Part shown: one piece after another, positions 10,175 to 19,342 of the stretch | Numbering within the stretch: position 1 is the stretch's first letter | How the letters are laid out: every line of letters begins with the position of its first letter | NCBI GenBank assembly: GCA_902517535.1 | Contig: CABYCK010000001.1 | Location: 21,317-85,316 of the forward strand | DNA from: an uncultured Pelagibacteraceae bacterium | GTDB taxonomy: Bacteria > Pseudomonadota > Alphaproteobacteria > Pelagibacterales > Pelagibacteraceae | Direction of reading: 5' to 3' | Length of the DNA: 64,000 bases | Notes under the pieces: model-generated | Database searches by the model: none | The model's input: only the letters and a program-made list of their open reading frames with translations | What the model was told of the DNA's origin: nothing | Position numbers and translations under genes: made by a program

Positions 10175-10964
10175 AATTTTATTATTGGTATCTTTAGTTT
10201 TTTTTTTTTCTCAAAAACTAATTGCAACTGAGTTCAAAGGTAAGTTTGAACAAGGAGCTTTTATTTTAGGTAAAACAAAACCAGGCTCGCAAGTAATTAT
10301 AGATGAAAAAAAGATAAGAGTTTCAAAAGAAGGTTTTTTTGCATTCGGTTTAGGAAGAGATAGAAATAACGATATTATTATCAAAGTATTATATGAAGGC
10401 AAATTGGAAGTTTTTGAAAAAAAAATATTTAAACGAAAATATAAAATTCAAAGAATTGATGGTTTGCCAAAAAAACAAGTGACTCCACCTAAAGAAGTTT
10501 ACGAAAGAATTAAAAAAGATAATGTTCTTATTGGACAAGCTAGACAAACAGATAGTCCTTTGGATTTTTTTAAAGATCAGTTCCTAAAACCAGTCGACAA
10601 TGCGATAATCACAGGCGTTTATGGAAGTCAAAGGATCTTAAATGGCAAACCCAGAAGACCTCATTATGGTTTAGATTATGCCGTGAGAGAAGGAACTCCT
10701 GTAAAAGCTATGATGGATGGAATAGTCACCTTAGCTGAAAAAGATCTGTATTTTACCGGAGGGACGATAATTTTTGATCATGGACATGGCATCAGTACGC
10801 TTTACATGCATCTAAAAGATATAAATGTAAAAAAAGGTCAAAAAATTAATAGAGGTGATATCGTTGGAACAGTTGGTCAAACTGGCAGAGCTACCGGCCC
10901 ACATCTAGATATTAGATTGAACTGGTTTGATGTAAAGCTAGATCCGGCCTCAATACTAAATTAA
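10152..10964 (+). CDS. M23 family metallopeptidase
   Basis: HYGLD (HxxxD) and GPHLD motifs; N-terminal hydrophobic segment. Confidence 0.88.
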   Translation: MVVGQLSKILLLVSLVFFFSQKLIATEFKGKFEQGAFILGKTKPGSQVIIDEKKIRVSKEGFFAFGLGRDRNNDIIIKVLYEGKLEVFEKKIFKRKYKIQRIDGLPKKQVTPPKEVYERIKKDNVLIGQARQTDSPLDFFKDQFLKPVDNAIITGVYGSQRILNGKPRRPHYGLDYAVREGTPVKAMMDGIVTLAEKDLYFTGGTIIFDHGHGISTLYMHLKDINVKKGQKINRGDIVGTVGQTGRATGPHLDIRLNWFDVKLDPASILN

Positions 10965-10965
10965 T

Positions 10966-12060
10966 TTATTTTTTATATAAATCTAAAAATTCTTCTGCTA
11001 AAGTTTGATTTCCAAGTTCATTAAAATGTGAATCATTATTAATGTAATATTTTTTATAGGCTTTTAAATAATTCTCCTCAAAAAATACTGGCATTAAATT
11101 ATAAAATTTTTTGCATCTTTTTTTGCAAAAATTTTTCCAAATTTTAACATGTTTATTATTTTCCGAATCGTATTTAAGTGTACCTGGCCATGGATAAACG
11201 GCTAAGCTTAATTCAATAGAATTTTGTTTTAGAAGATCATACAAATTATTCATGTGGTTAACTGAAACACTAATAGCATCTTCATATTCAAGATCGTTAT
11301 ATAAATTTTTATTGTAATTGTAGGTCCATTCTGATCTTGAATTATTGAAAACATTCAATGTTTTTGTGTTTTCTGATTGTTTCTTCACGAACAGATTTTT
11401 TATTCTATCAACAAGTATTTTTGTAATTTTAAAATTTTTATTATAAAACTCAAAAAATTTATTTTTTTTTTCATTAAAATTTTTAAAACAAGTATTAAAA
11501 GTTGATTTTCTCTTTACTTTGTCTTTCACTACTTCATAACATAAAATGTCATCAGGTAAGTCTGAAAGATCTACAAAGACAATTACTTCATCAAATTTAA
11601 AACCATCTTTTATTAATTTATTCAACTTTGTGTAATATATAGAAGTGCTGTATGAACTCATCGCTAAATTTGCTATTTTTTTTTGTTTGAGCTCATTGTC
11701 TATAATCCCCACAAAGGTCTTTTCATATTCATATCCTAAGCCATCAGTGAATGAGTCTCCAATAAAAGCTAAATCAAAACTTTTCAAATTTTTATCCTTC
11801 TTTTTACAGGCAGTACGAAAACCATTGTTGTCTGTGCAAAGTTTATATCTCAAATTTCCCCAACCACCGAGAGCATCGAAATTTTTAGGATATTTGTGAT
11901 CGTAAAATTCGTCAAGTTTTGAAAAATTAATATTAATATCTTGTAATTGAACCCTTATATATTTTTTATAAATATATTTACCTATTGTAGAATCTAGAAA
12001 AAGAAAAAGAACAATAGAAATGAAAACAATTTTAGTAAAATCACTATATCTATTTGACAT
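10966..12060 (-). CDS. Membrane-anchored SGNH/GDSL hydrolase-like protein
   Basis: GDSF block I, C-terminal DSH, N-terminal TM. Confidence 0.75.
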   Translation of the reverse strand: MSNRYSDFTKIVFISIVLFLFLDSTIGKYIYKKYIRVQLQDININFSKLDEFYDHKYPKNFDALGGWGNLRYKLCTDNNGFRTACKKKDKNLKSFDLAFIGDSFTDGLGYEYEKTFVGIIDNELKQKKIANLAMSSYSTSIYYTKLNKLIKDGFKFDEVIVFVDLSDLPDDILCYEVVKDKVKRKSTFNTCFKNFNEKKNKFFEFYNKNFKITKILVDRIKNLFVKKQSENTKTLNVFNNSRSEWTYNYNKNLYNDLEYEDAISVSVNHMNNLYDLLKQNSIELSLAVYPWPGTLKYDSENNKHVKIWKNFCKKRCKKFYNLMPVFFEENYLKAYKKYYINNDSHFNELGNQTLAEEFLDLYKK

Positions 12061-12069
12061 TTTAATAAA

Positions 12070-13905
12070 TTAATCTAATTCAAATCTATTTTTATAATTT
12101 TTTATTAAAGATTTATCTTGTTCTTCTTTGTACAATATAAAATCTTCAATAATCAATATATCTAAATTAGTGCCCATAAAACAATTAAATGCGTCTTTAA
12201 CTGAACAAACAATTGGTTCTCCTCTTACATTAAAAGAAGTGTTGACAAGAACTGGGCAGCCTGTAATTTTTTTAAACTCATTAATAAGTTCATAATATTT
12301 TTTGTTAGTTTCTTTATGAACTGTTTGTATTCTTGCTGAATAATCAACATGAGTAACCGCAGGAATTGTTGATCTTTTTATGTTCAATTTATCTATACCG
12401 AATAATTTATCAGACTCCTCTGACATGTTTATTTGCTTATTTTTTTTAACGTTTGCAACTAATAGCATATACGGACTATCATAGTTCAGTTCGAACCATT
12501 CATTTACATCTTCTCTTAAAATAGAAGGAGCAAATGGCCGGAAACTTTCTCTGAATTTAATTTTCAAATTTAGTTCCTTTTGCATTTTTTCAGATCTTGG
12601 ATCAGCTAATATTGACCGACCGCCCAAGGCCCTTGGCCCAAATTCCATTCTACCTTGAAACCAACCAATTATTTTATTATTTGATATTTCTTTAGCAGTT
12701 AAGGCAATAATTTCTTTTGTTGTTTTCTTTTTAAAATTTGCTTTCAGCACTTTTAATTCTGCCTCAACATCGTCTTCGTTTAATTTTGGTCCAAGATAAG
12801 AACCTTTCATTTGATCTTTAAAAATAACTCTAGATTTATTCATCTCTCTATACCAATATGCTAAAGCACCGCCCAAAGAGCCCCCTGCATCCCCTGCAGC
12901 TGGCTGTATCCAGATATTTTCAAAATAATTTTTTTTTAAGATTTTTCCGTTAGCTACACAATTAAGAGCTACTCCTCCTGCAAGACATAAATTCTTAATT
13001 TTATATTCTTCAGCTATATCTTTAGTCAATCGTACTACAATTTCTTCTGTTACTGCCTGAATAGATGATGCAATATCCATATGAAATTGAGTAAGCAAAT
13101 CTTTTTTTGGATCCCTAACTGGTTGACCAAAAAGTTTTGAAAATTTTTCATTAGTCATTGTAAGACCGGTAGCGTAATTGAAATAATCCATCTTTAATTT
13201 AAATGACCCATCTTGTTTTAAATCAATTAAATTATTCATTATTAAATCTTTAAATTTTGGTTCTCCATATGGAGCTAAACCCATAACTTTGTACTCACCA
13301 CTATTAACTTTAAATCCAGTATAGTAAGTAAATGCTGAATAAAGCAAACCTAAAGAATGGGGAAAGTGAATTTCTTTCAACATTTGAAGTTTATTATCTC
13401 TACCAAGTGCAACAGTAGTAGTAGCCCATTCTCCTACTCCATCTAACGTTAGAACGATTGCTTCCTTAAATGGAGAAGGATAAAACGCACTCGCAGCATG
13501 GCTGTAGTGATGTTCAGAAAATTTAATTTTATTTATATCGTTAAAATTTTCGTCATGACTTTTTAATTTTTCATATAAAAATTTCTTTTGGAATAATTTT
13601 TCTCTTAACCAAATCGGCATTGATAAACTAAATGACTTAAAACCTCTTGGTGCGAATGCCATATATGTTTCCAAAATTCTTTCAAATTTAAGAAAAGGTT
13701 TTTCAAAAAAAACAATATGATCAACATTACTAAGTTCTAGATTTGCCTGTTTTAAAACATATTTAACAGCATTAAATGGGTAAGATGGATCGTGTTTTTT
13801 TCTTGAGAATCTTTCCTCTTGTGCTGCTGCTATAATTTCTCCATCTAAAATTAATGCTGCTGCGCTGTCATGATAAAATGCTGATATACCTAAAATAGAT
13901 GTCAC
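12070..13905 (-). CDS. O-carbamoyltransferase (NodU/CmcH/SxtI family)
   Basis: GISAFYHDSAA, QEERF, HHYSHAASA, GEYKVMGLA, EFGPRALG and NTSFN motifs; GTG start. Confidence 0.93.
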   Translation of the reverse strand: MTSILGISAFYHDSAAALILDGEIIAAAQEERFSRKKHDPSYPFNAVKYVLKQANLELSNVDHIVFFEKPFLKFERILETYMAFAPRGFKSFSLSMPIWLREKLFQKKFLYEKLKSHDENFNDINKIKFSEHHYSHAASAFYPSPFKEAIVLTLDGVGEWATTTVALGRDNKLQMLKEIHFPHSLGLLYSAFTYYTGFKVNSGEYKVMGLAPYGEPKFKDLIMNNLIDLKQDGSFKLKMDYFNYATGLTMTNEKFSKLFGQPVRDPKKDLLTQFHMDIASSIQAVTEEIVVRLTKDIAEEYKIKNLCLAGGVALNCVANGKILKKNYFENIWIQPAAGDAGGSLGGALAYWYREMNKSRVIFKDQMKGSYLGPKLNEDDVEAELKVLKANFKKKTTKEIIALTAKEISNNKIIGWFQGRMEFGPRALGGRSILADPRSEKMQKELNLKIKFRESFRPFAPSILREDVNEWFELNYDSPYMLLVANVKKNKQINMSEESDKLFGIDKLNIKRSTIPAVTHVDYSARIQTVHKETNKKYYELINEFKKITGCPVLVNTSFNVRGEPIVCSVKDAFNCFMGTNLDILIIEDFILYKEEQDKSLIKNYKNRFELD

Positions 13906-14058
13906 TTAAAAAATTGTGTAAATAAATGGTGCAACTGCTGATCCCTGGCTTAAAACGATTAATACTCCAAATAAAGCTAAAACAATTATAATTGGTAATA
14001 GCCAGTACTTTTTTCTTTCTCTCAAAAACTCACAAAATTCCTTTAAAAAACTTATCAT
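13906..14058 (-). CDS. DUF5989/SxtK-like 50-aa membrane protein
   Basis: Not in ORF track; MISFLKEFCEFLRERKKYWLLPIIIVLAFIGVLIVLSQGSAVAPFIYTIF; fills the gap between its neighbours exactly. Confidence 0.85.
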   Translation of the reverse strand: MISFLKEFCEFLRERKKYWLLPIIIVLALFGVLIVLSQGSAVAPFIYTIF

Positions 14059-14436
14059 CTAAAATTGTTTGTCCATTGGTCCTAAATCTTTTTTTCTCGT
14101 TATCCAGTAAGACTTATTTTTTGAAAATCTCATATTTAGTAAATCTTTACCGAATATTCTTACAATAAGACTAATAGGTGTTAAAATAAAGAAATATACC
14201 AAGCTCATTACTAGAGGAGCAATTATTTTTCCTAACAAATCACCAAATTTAATCCATACCTTCTTTAAAGGTGTCAAAAAGCTTGAGTCAAGACCCCCCA
14301 ACACCAAAAAAATTGTAGCGATTGTTATAAAATATAGGTTTATATTTCCACTGTTTTTAAGAGGCCAAATTCCAATCAAGGCAAATACAATAAAAAATAG
14401 TAAACCGAAGCCCCTATTGTTGTTTTTAGATTTCAT
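14059..14436 (-). CDS. SxtJ family membrane protein
   Basis: 'RGFGLLF...WIKFGDLLGKI...YFFILTP...GKDLL...SYWI...MDKQF' pattern. Confidence 0.82.
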   Translation of the reverse strand: MKSKNNNRGFGLLFFIVFALIGIWPLKNSGNINLYFITIATIFLVLGGLDSSFLTPLKKVWIKFGDLLGKIIAPLVMSLVYFFILTPISLIVRIFGKDLLNMRFSKNKSYWITRKKDLGPMDKQF

Positions 14437-14447
14437 TAATTTTGTTT

Positions 14448-16229
14448 TTAATTAAGACCTTTTTGATTTTTCATATCTTCTTTTTTTATACCAGCGACTC
14501 TAACTGGTTTTCTCATCGCATCTCTTCTAAAAGGATCTCCCAGCTCTTGATTAAGTATAACTTCTATAAAAGTTGTAATTCCTTTTTTCTGGTCTTCACA
14601 AGACTGCTTTAAAGCACTTGTTGTGTCTTCCATAGTTTTTACCGTCACACCTTTTAACCCACATGCTTCAGCAACTTTCGCGTAACTCAATTCTGGATCT
14701 AATTCAGTTCCTACAAAATTATTATCAAACCATAATATTGAATTTCTTTTTTCTGCACCCCATTGATAATTTCTAAAAATTACCATTGTTATTGCTGGCC
14801 ATTCTTTTCTCGCACAGGAACTCATTTCATTCATGCTTATTCCAAAAGCTCCATCACCCGCAAAACCAATTACTGGTGTATTAGGACAACCAATTTTAGC
14901 CCCTAGAATTGCAGGAAATCCATAACCACAAGGACCAAATAATCCAGGTGCTAAATATTTTCTTCCTTTTTCAAAAGTTGGGTAGGCATTACCTATTGCG
15001 CAATTGTTTCCAATATCACTTGAAATAATAACATCTTTTGGCATTCCAGCTTGGATAGCTCTCCAAGCTTGCCTTGGTGACATCCTGTCTTTATCTCTTT
15101 CTCTAGCTTCTTTATTCCAAACTGTGCCTGGATCATCTTCTTCGTGATCTAAACTAGCTAGTTTTTGCAACCAAGCAGATTTTGTTTGATGTATTAAATC
15201 TTTCCTTTTCTGTCTATCAGTATCACCTGCCTTTGAAGATAATTTAGCAAGCAATTGTTGTGAAACTAATTTTGCATCACCACATATTGCTACAGTAACT
15301 TTTTTTGTTAAACCAATTCTATCTGAATTCATATCGACTTGGATAATTTGTGCATTTTTGGGCCAGTAATCAATTCCATAACCTGGTAAAGTAGAAAAAG
15401 GATTTAATCTTGTACCCAATGCGAGCACGACATCAGCTTTAGATATTAATTCCATAGCAGCTTTTGAACCGTTATATCCTAAAGGGCCAACTGCTAAAGG
15501 ATGACTTCCCGGAAAGCTATCATTATGTTGATAACCAGAACATACCGGGGAGTCTAGTTTCTCAGCTAATTTTACACAATCTTCTATAGCACCACCAATT
15601 ACAACACCTGCGCCAGATAATATAACTGGGAATTTTGAATTAGATAAAATTTTTGCAGCTTTTTCAATTGCGTCTGCACCACCTGCTTGTCTCTCTAATC
15701 TAATGATTGGAGGTAAATCTACATCAATCACTTGGGTCCAATAATCTCTAGGTACATTTATTTGTGCTGGCGCAGATCCTCTTATAGCTTTTTCAATAAC
15801 ACGATTTAGTACTTCAGCCATTCTAGATGGGTCTCTTACTTCTTCTTGGTAACAAACCATGTCCTTAAATAAATTCATTTGTTCAACTTCTTGAAAGCCT
15901 CCTTGTCCCATTGTTTTGTTTGCTGCTTGAGGTGTTACTAAAAGTAATGGTGTGTGATTCCAATATGCAGTTTTAATGGGTGTTACTAATCCTGTGATCC
16001 CAGGACCGTTTTGCGCAATTACCATTGACATTTTTCCAGTTGCTCTTGTATAGCCGTCTGCAATTAATCCTCCATTTGTCTCATGAGCTACATCCCAAAA
16101 TGTAATACCTGCATCTGGGAAAATATCAGAGATTGGCATAAAAGCAGAGCCAATTATTCCAAAAGCATGTTCAATCCCATGCATCTGTAAAACTTTTACA
16201 AAAGCTTCCTCGGTTGTCATTTTTGCCAT
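14448..16229 (-). CDS. xsc: Sulfoacetaldehyde acetyltransferase (ThDP-dependent)
   Basis: N-terminus MTTEEAFVKVLQMHGIEHAFGIIGSA; GDG...N ThDP motif; PFRRDAM at C-terminus. Confidence 0.93.
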   Translation of the reverse strand: MAKMTTEEAFVKVLQMHGIEHAFGIIGSAFMPISDIFPDAGITFWDVAHETNGGLIADGYTRATGKMSMVIAQNGPGITGLVTPIKTAYWNHTPLLLVTPQAANKTMGQGGFQEVEQMNLFKDMVCYQEEVRDPSRMAEVLNRVIEKAIRGSAPAQINVPRDYWTQVIDVDLPPIIRLERQAGGADAIEKAAKILSNSKFPVILSGAGVVIGGAIEDCVKLAEKLDSPVCSGYQHNDSFPGSHPLAVGPLGYNGSKAAMELISKADVVLALGTRLNPFSTLPGYGIDYWPKNAQIIQVDMNSDRIGLTKKVTVAICGDAKLVSQQLLAKLSSKAGDTDRQKRKDLIHQTKSAWLQKLASLDHEEDDPGTVWNKEARERDKDRMSPRQAWRAIQAGMPKDVIISSDIGNNCAIGNAYPTFEKGRKYLAPGLFGPCGYGFPAILGAKIGCPNTPVIGFAGDGAFGISMNEMSSCARKEWPAITMVIFRNYQWGAEKRNSILWFDNNFVGTELDPELSYAKVAEACGLKGVTVKTMEDTTSALKQSCEDQKKGITTFIEVILNQELGDPFRRDAMRKPVRVAGIKKEDMKNQKGLN

Positions 16230-16301
16230 AGAAAATCCTTAAAATAAATTAAAACACTCTTTCAATATATCAAAATTTAGTCTATATCCATTAAATATTT
16301 T

Positions 16302-16589
16302 ATGTCACAGCCAGACCTTATTATTCACGACGAAAAAGATAACGTTGGAGTTGTTGTAATAGAAACTACTAAAAAAGGTCAAGAATGTAGTGCCTGGATA
16401 ATGGAAAATGATAAAACAATTAAAGTAAGTTCAACTAATGAAGTTCCATTAGGTCACAAAATTGCGCTGAAAGATCTTAAGGAAGGTGACACTATATTAA
16501 AATATGGTCATGATATTGGTAAAGTAGTAAAGTCTATTAAAAAAGGTGATCATGTTCATGTTCATAATGTAAAAACGAAAAAGTGGTAA
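16302..16589 (+). CDS. suyA: Sulfolactate sulfo-lyase alpha subunit (SAF domain)
   Basis: [22 protein letters not shown] motifs; directly upstream of a UxaA-like gene. Confidence 0.85.
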   Translation: MSQPDLIIHDEKDNVGVVVIETTKKGQECSAWIMENDKTIKVSSTNEVPLGHKIALKDLKEGDTILKYGHDIGKVVKSIKKGDHVHVHNVKTKKW

Positions 16590-16590
16590 T

Positions 16591-17760
16591 TTGATGGATA
16601 TTCCAAAAAGTTTTTTAGGCTTTAAAAGAGAGAATGGAAGAGCAGGAACAAGAAACCATGTGATTATACTTCCAGTAGATGATATTTCTAATGCTTGTGC
16701 AGAAGCAGTAGCAAACAATATTAAAGGTACCATCGCTTTACCTCACTCATACGGAAGATTGCAATTTGGAGCAGATCTCGAGTTGCATTTTAGAACAATG
16801 ATTGGAACAGGAAAAAATCCAAATGTTGCAGCTGTAATAGTTATTGGAATTGAACCTAAATGGACAAAAAGAATTGTTGACGAAATAGCAAAAACAGGAA
16901 AACCAGTAGAAGGATTTCATATAGAAAGAACTGGCGATATTGGAACAATAATGAAGGCGTCTAAAAAAGCTCAAGAATTTTCTCAGTGGGCATCTGAAAA
17001 ACAAAGAGAAGAGTGTCCCCTAAGTGATTTGTGGATTTCAGTTAAATGCGGAGAATCAGATACTACATCTGGATTGGCCTCAAACCCAACTGTAGGAAAT
17101 TTGATGGAAAAATTAGAACCCTTTGGAGTGCATTTATGTTTTGGAGAAACTTCAGAGTTAACCGGAGCAGAAACTGTTTGTGCAGCTCGAGGAGCAACTC
17201 CAGAAGCAAAAGAAAAATTTATGAAAACATGGAGCTCATACAATGATTTTATTCTGAAAGAAGCAACTAACGATCTTTCTGAAAGTCAACCTACAGCAGG
17301 TAATATTGCTGGTGGTTTAACAACTATAGAAGAAAAAGCTTTTGGAAACTTTCAAAAAATTGGAAACTTAAAATTTATTGATGTTCTTGAGCCTGCTGAG
17401 GAACCAAAGAAAGGTAAAGGATTATATTTTATGGATACTTCGTCTGCTGCAGCCGAGTGCGTAACTTTGCAAGCTGCTGGAGGTTTTAATATTCACTTAT
17501 TCCCTACAGGACAAGGAAACATTATTGGTAATCCCATAGAGCCAGTGGTCAAACTTACTGCAAACCCATTAACAGCTAAATTAATGAAAGAACATGTAGA
17601 CTGTGATGTTTCTAAAATTTTATCAAGAGAAATGAATTTATCTCAAGCTGGAGATCAACTTATCAAAACAATGTTAAAAGTGGCTAATGGAAGACTTACA
17701 TGTGCTGAAGCATTGGGTCACAGAGAATTTGTCATGACTAAATTATATAGAAGTGCGTAA
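16591..17760 (+). CDS. suyB: Sulfolactate sulfo-lyase beta subunit (UxaA family)
   Basis: [34 protein letters not shown] motifs, ends KLYRSA; sulfonate context. Confidence 0.85.
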   Translation: MMDIPKSFLGFKRENGRAGTRNHVIILPVDDISNACAEAVANNIKGTIALPHSYGRLQFGADLELHFRTMIGTGKNPNVAAVIVIGIEPKWTKRIVDEIAKTGKPVEGFHIERTGDIGTIMKASKKAQEFSQWASEKQREECPLSDLWISVKCGESDTTSGLASNPTVGNLMEKLEPFGVHLCFGETSELTGAETVCAARGATPEAKEKFMKTWSSYNDFILKEATNDLSESQPTAGNIAGGLTTIEEKAFGNFQKIGNLKFIDVLEPAEEPKKGKGLYFMDTSSAAAECVTLQAAGGFNIHLFPTGQGNIIGNPIEPVVKLTANPLTAKLMKEHVDCDVSKILSREMNLSQAGDQLIKTMLKVANGRLTCAEALGHREFVMTKLYRSA

Positions 17761-17812
17761 TGCCCTCAGCCGATGAGTGTATTTTTTGCTCAAAGAAATA
17801 CTGTAAAATAAT

Positions 17813-18946
17813 TTATTTTTCCGGAAACTTAATTTCTTCTTTTTTTGGTTGATCTTTTTTTCTAAAGTCACTTAGTAGTCTTTTTATTATCGGACTTAAA
17901 ATTTTTCTAGCAACAGCTGCTAATGTTCCCAAAGAAACAGCTAGTATTATAGCTAAAGCTCCGTACAAAAATGGTGCTTCATTAGAAAAATTTACTGTAA
18001 ATTCGGCTAAAAAATTTAAATCTGATTTTGTTACTTGAACTCCATTTGAAATATTAGTTTTATCTCTAAAAAAAGAGTCGTAACCTATTGCAATTGAAAC
18101 TGATAAAAGAAGCATTGCAAAAAGAGATTTTAATTCTGTGCTATCTAAAAACTGGCCAACTTTTTGTCCGATTTGAACTCCAACTATTGATCCTAAAATT
18201 AAAGGTAAAACTAAAAATAAATCAATAGATCCATAGTTAAAAGCATGAAGAACGGTTACTATTGCGCTAATAAAAATTGTTACGAACAGTGAAGTACCAG
18301 GTATTAATTTCACTGGCATCCCAACAATATATATCATTGCGGGCACCATTAAAAATGCACCACCTATTCCCATCATTGATGCAACAAAGCCAACTACTAA
18401 TCCAAGTAATATTGGAGTAATGGCACTTTCATAAAGTTTTGATTTATGAAATCTCATTCTTAGAGGTAAGCCTTGAAGCCAATTATGGTCGTGTAATTTT
18501 TGTTTAATGGAAATCTTTTTTATTTTTCTATTTTTTTCCTTTACACCTTCAATTAGCATTAAAGTCCCAACGATTGCTAATAAATACATGTATAGAAGTG
18601 AAATAATTAAACTTATTTTACCTATTTCTGAAAAATAAGAAAAAGTTGTTATTCCAATAACTGTTCCGGCAACTCCTCCTAAAACGATCATTAATCCCAT
18701 TTTATAATCTAAAGTATTTTTATACCAATGAGTTAAAGAACCTGAAACCGAAGTTGCTAAAATGTTATTAACCTCATTTGGAACAGCATAAATAGGAGGA
18801 ATGCCCATAAAAATTAAAAAAGGTGTCATTAAAAACCCTCCACCTACTCCAAATAAGCCTGATAAAACTCCTACAGCTAAACTTAAGAAAAGAAGTAAAA
18901 AGATATCTACATTTACTTGAGCTATTGGTAAGTAAATATCTAGCAT
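17813..18946 (-). CDS. TauE/SafE family sulfite exporter
   Basis: Duplicated GLFGVGGG / MMGIGGA motifs; multi-TM. Confidence 0.85.
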   Translation of the reverse strand: MLDIYLPIAQVNVDIFLLLFLSLAVGVLSGLFGVGGGFLMTPFLIFMGIPPIYAVPNEVNNILATSVSGSLTHWYKNTLDYKMGLMIVLGGVAGTVIGITTFSYFSEIGKISLIISLLYMYLLAIVGTLMLIEGVKEKNRKIKKISIKQKLHDHNWLQGLPLRMRFHKSKLYESAITPILLGLVVGFVASMMGIGGAFLMVPAMIYIVGMPVKLIPGTSLFVTIFISAIVTVLHAFNYGSIDLFLVLPLILGSIVGVQIGQKVGQFLDSTELKSLFAMLLLSVSIAIGYDSFFRDKTNISNGVQVTKSDLNFLAEFTVNFSNEAPFLYGALAIILAVSLGTLAAVARKILSPIIKRLLSDFRKKDQPKKEEIKFPEK

Positions 18947-18982
18947 TCTTCTAATTATGCCCGAACTGAGATCATGTCAATC

Positions 18983-19333
18983 TTAATAAATTGTTGCACC
19001 AAATACTTTTATTTCATCTCCCTCTAAGCCTAAAACTAATCTACCTAGAAATTCGCCTGGTAATACATTGCTGGTTTGCTTGTAAAGGACAGTAATAAAC
19101 TTGTCTCTTCTAATGCAACCTAAAAATTCTTGTTTTTCAGAAAGGCTTGTAAGTAGTTTATTATTTGACCATTGTTTACCTAGCTCTACCTCATTAGCGC
19201 CATATAACATTTGCGAGGAAAAATCTTTTGTAAAACCTCCATAATCTTTAATATTAGATGATTTAACCAAATTTAACCAAATGGGATTAGCAATTTTAAT
19301 GATTTCTTCATCATTTTTGTCTAATAAATCCAT
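18983..19333 (-). CDS. Hypothetical protein downstream of aprA (possibly NTF2-like)
   Basis: 116 aa ORF starting 9 bp after the aprA stop. Confidence 0.7.
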   Translation of the reverse strand: MDLLDKNDEEIIKIANPIWLNLVKSSNIKDYGGFTKDFSSQMLYGANEVELGKQWSNNKLLTSLSEKQEFLGCIRRDKFITVLYKQTSNVLPGEFLGRLVLGLEGDEIKVFGATIY

Positions 19334-19342
19334 TAAAGATTT

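Noticed and set aside
10966-14436. Saxitoxin biosynthesis
   Set aside because: Only sxtI/J/K/L-like tailoring families are present; no sxtA, sxtG or other core genes in the window
16302-17760. Altronate/galactarate dehydratase (uxaA/garD)
   Set aside because: Split SAF plus catalytic architecture beside xsc and tauE fits SuyAB better
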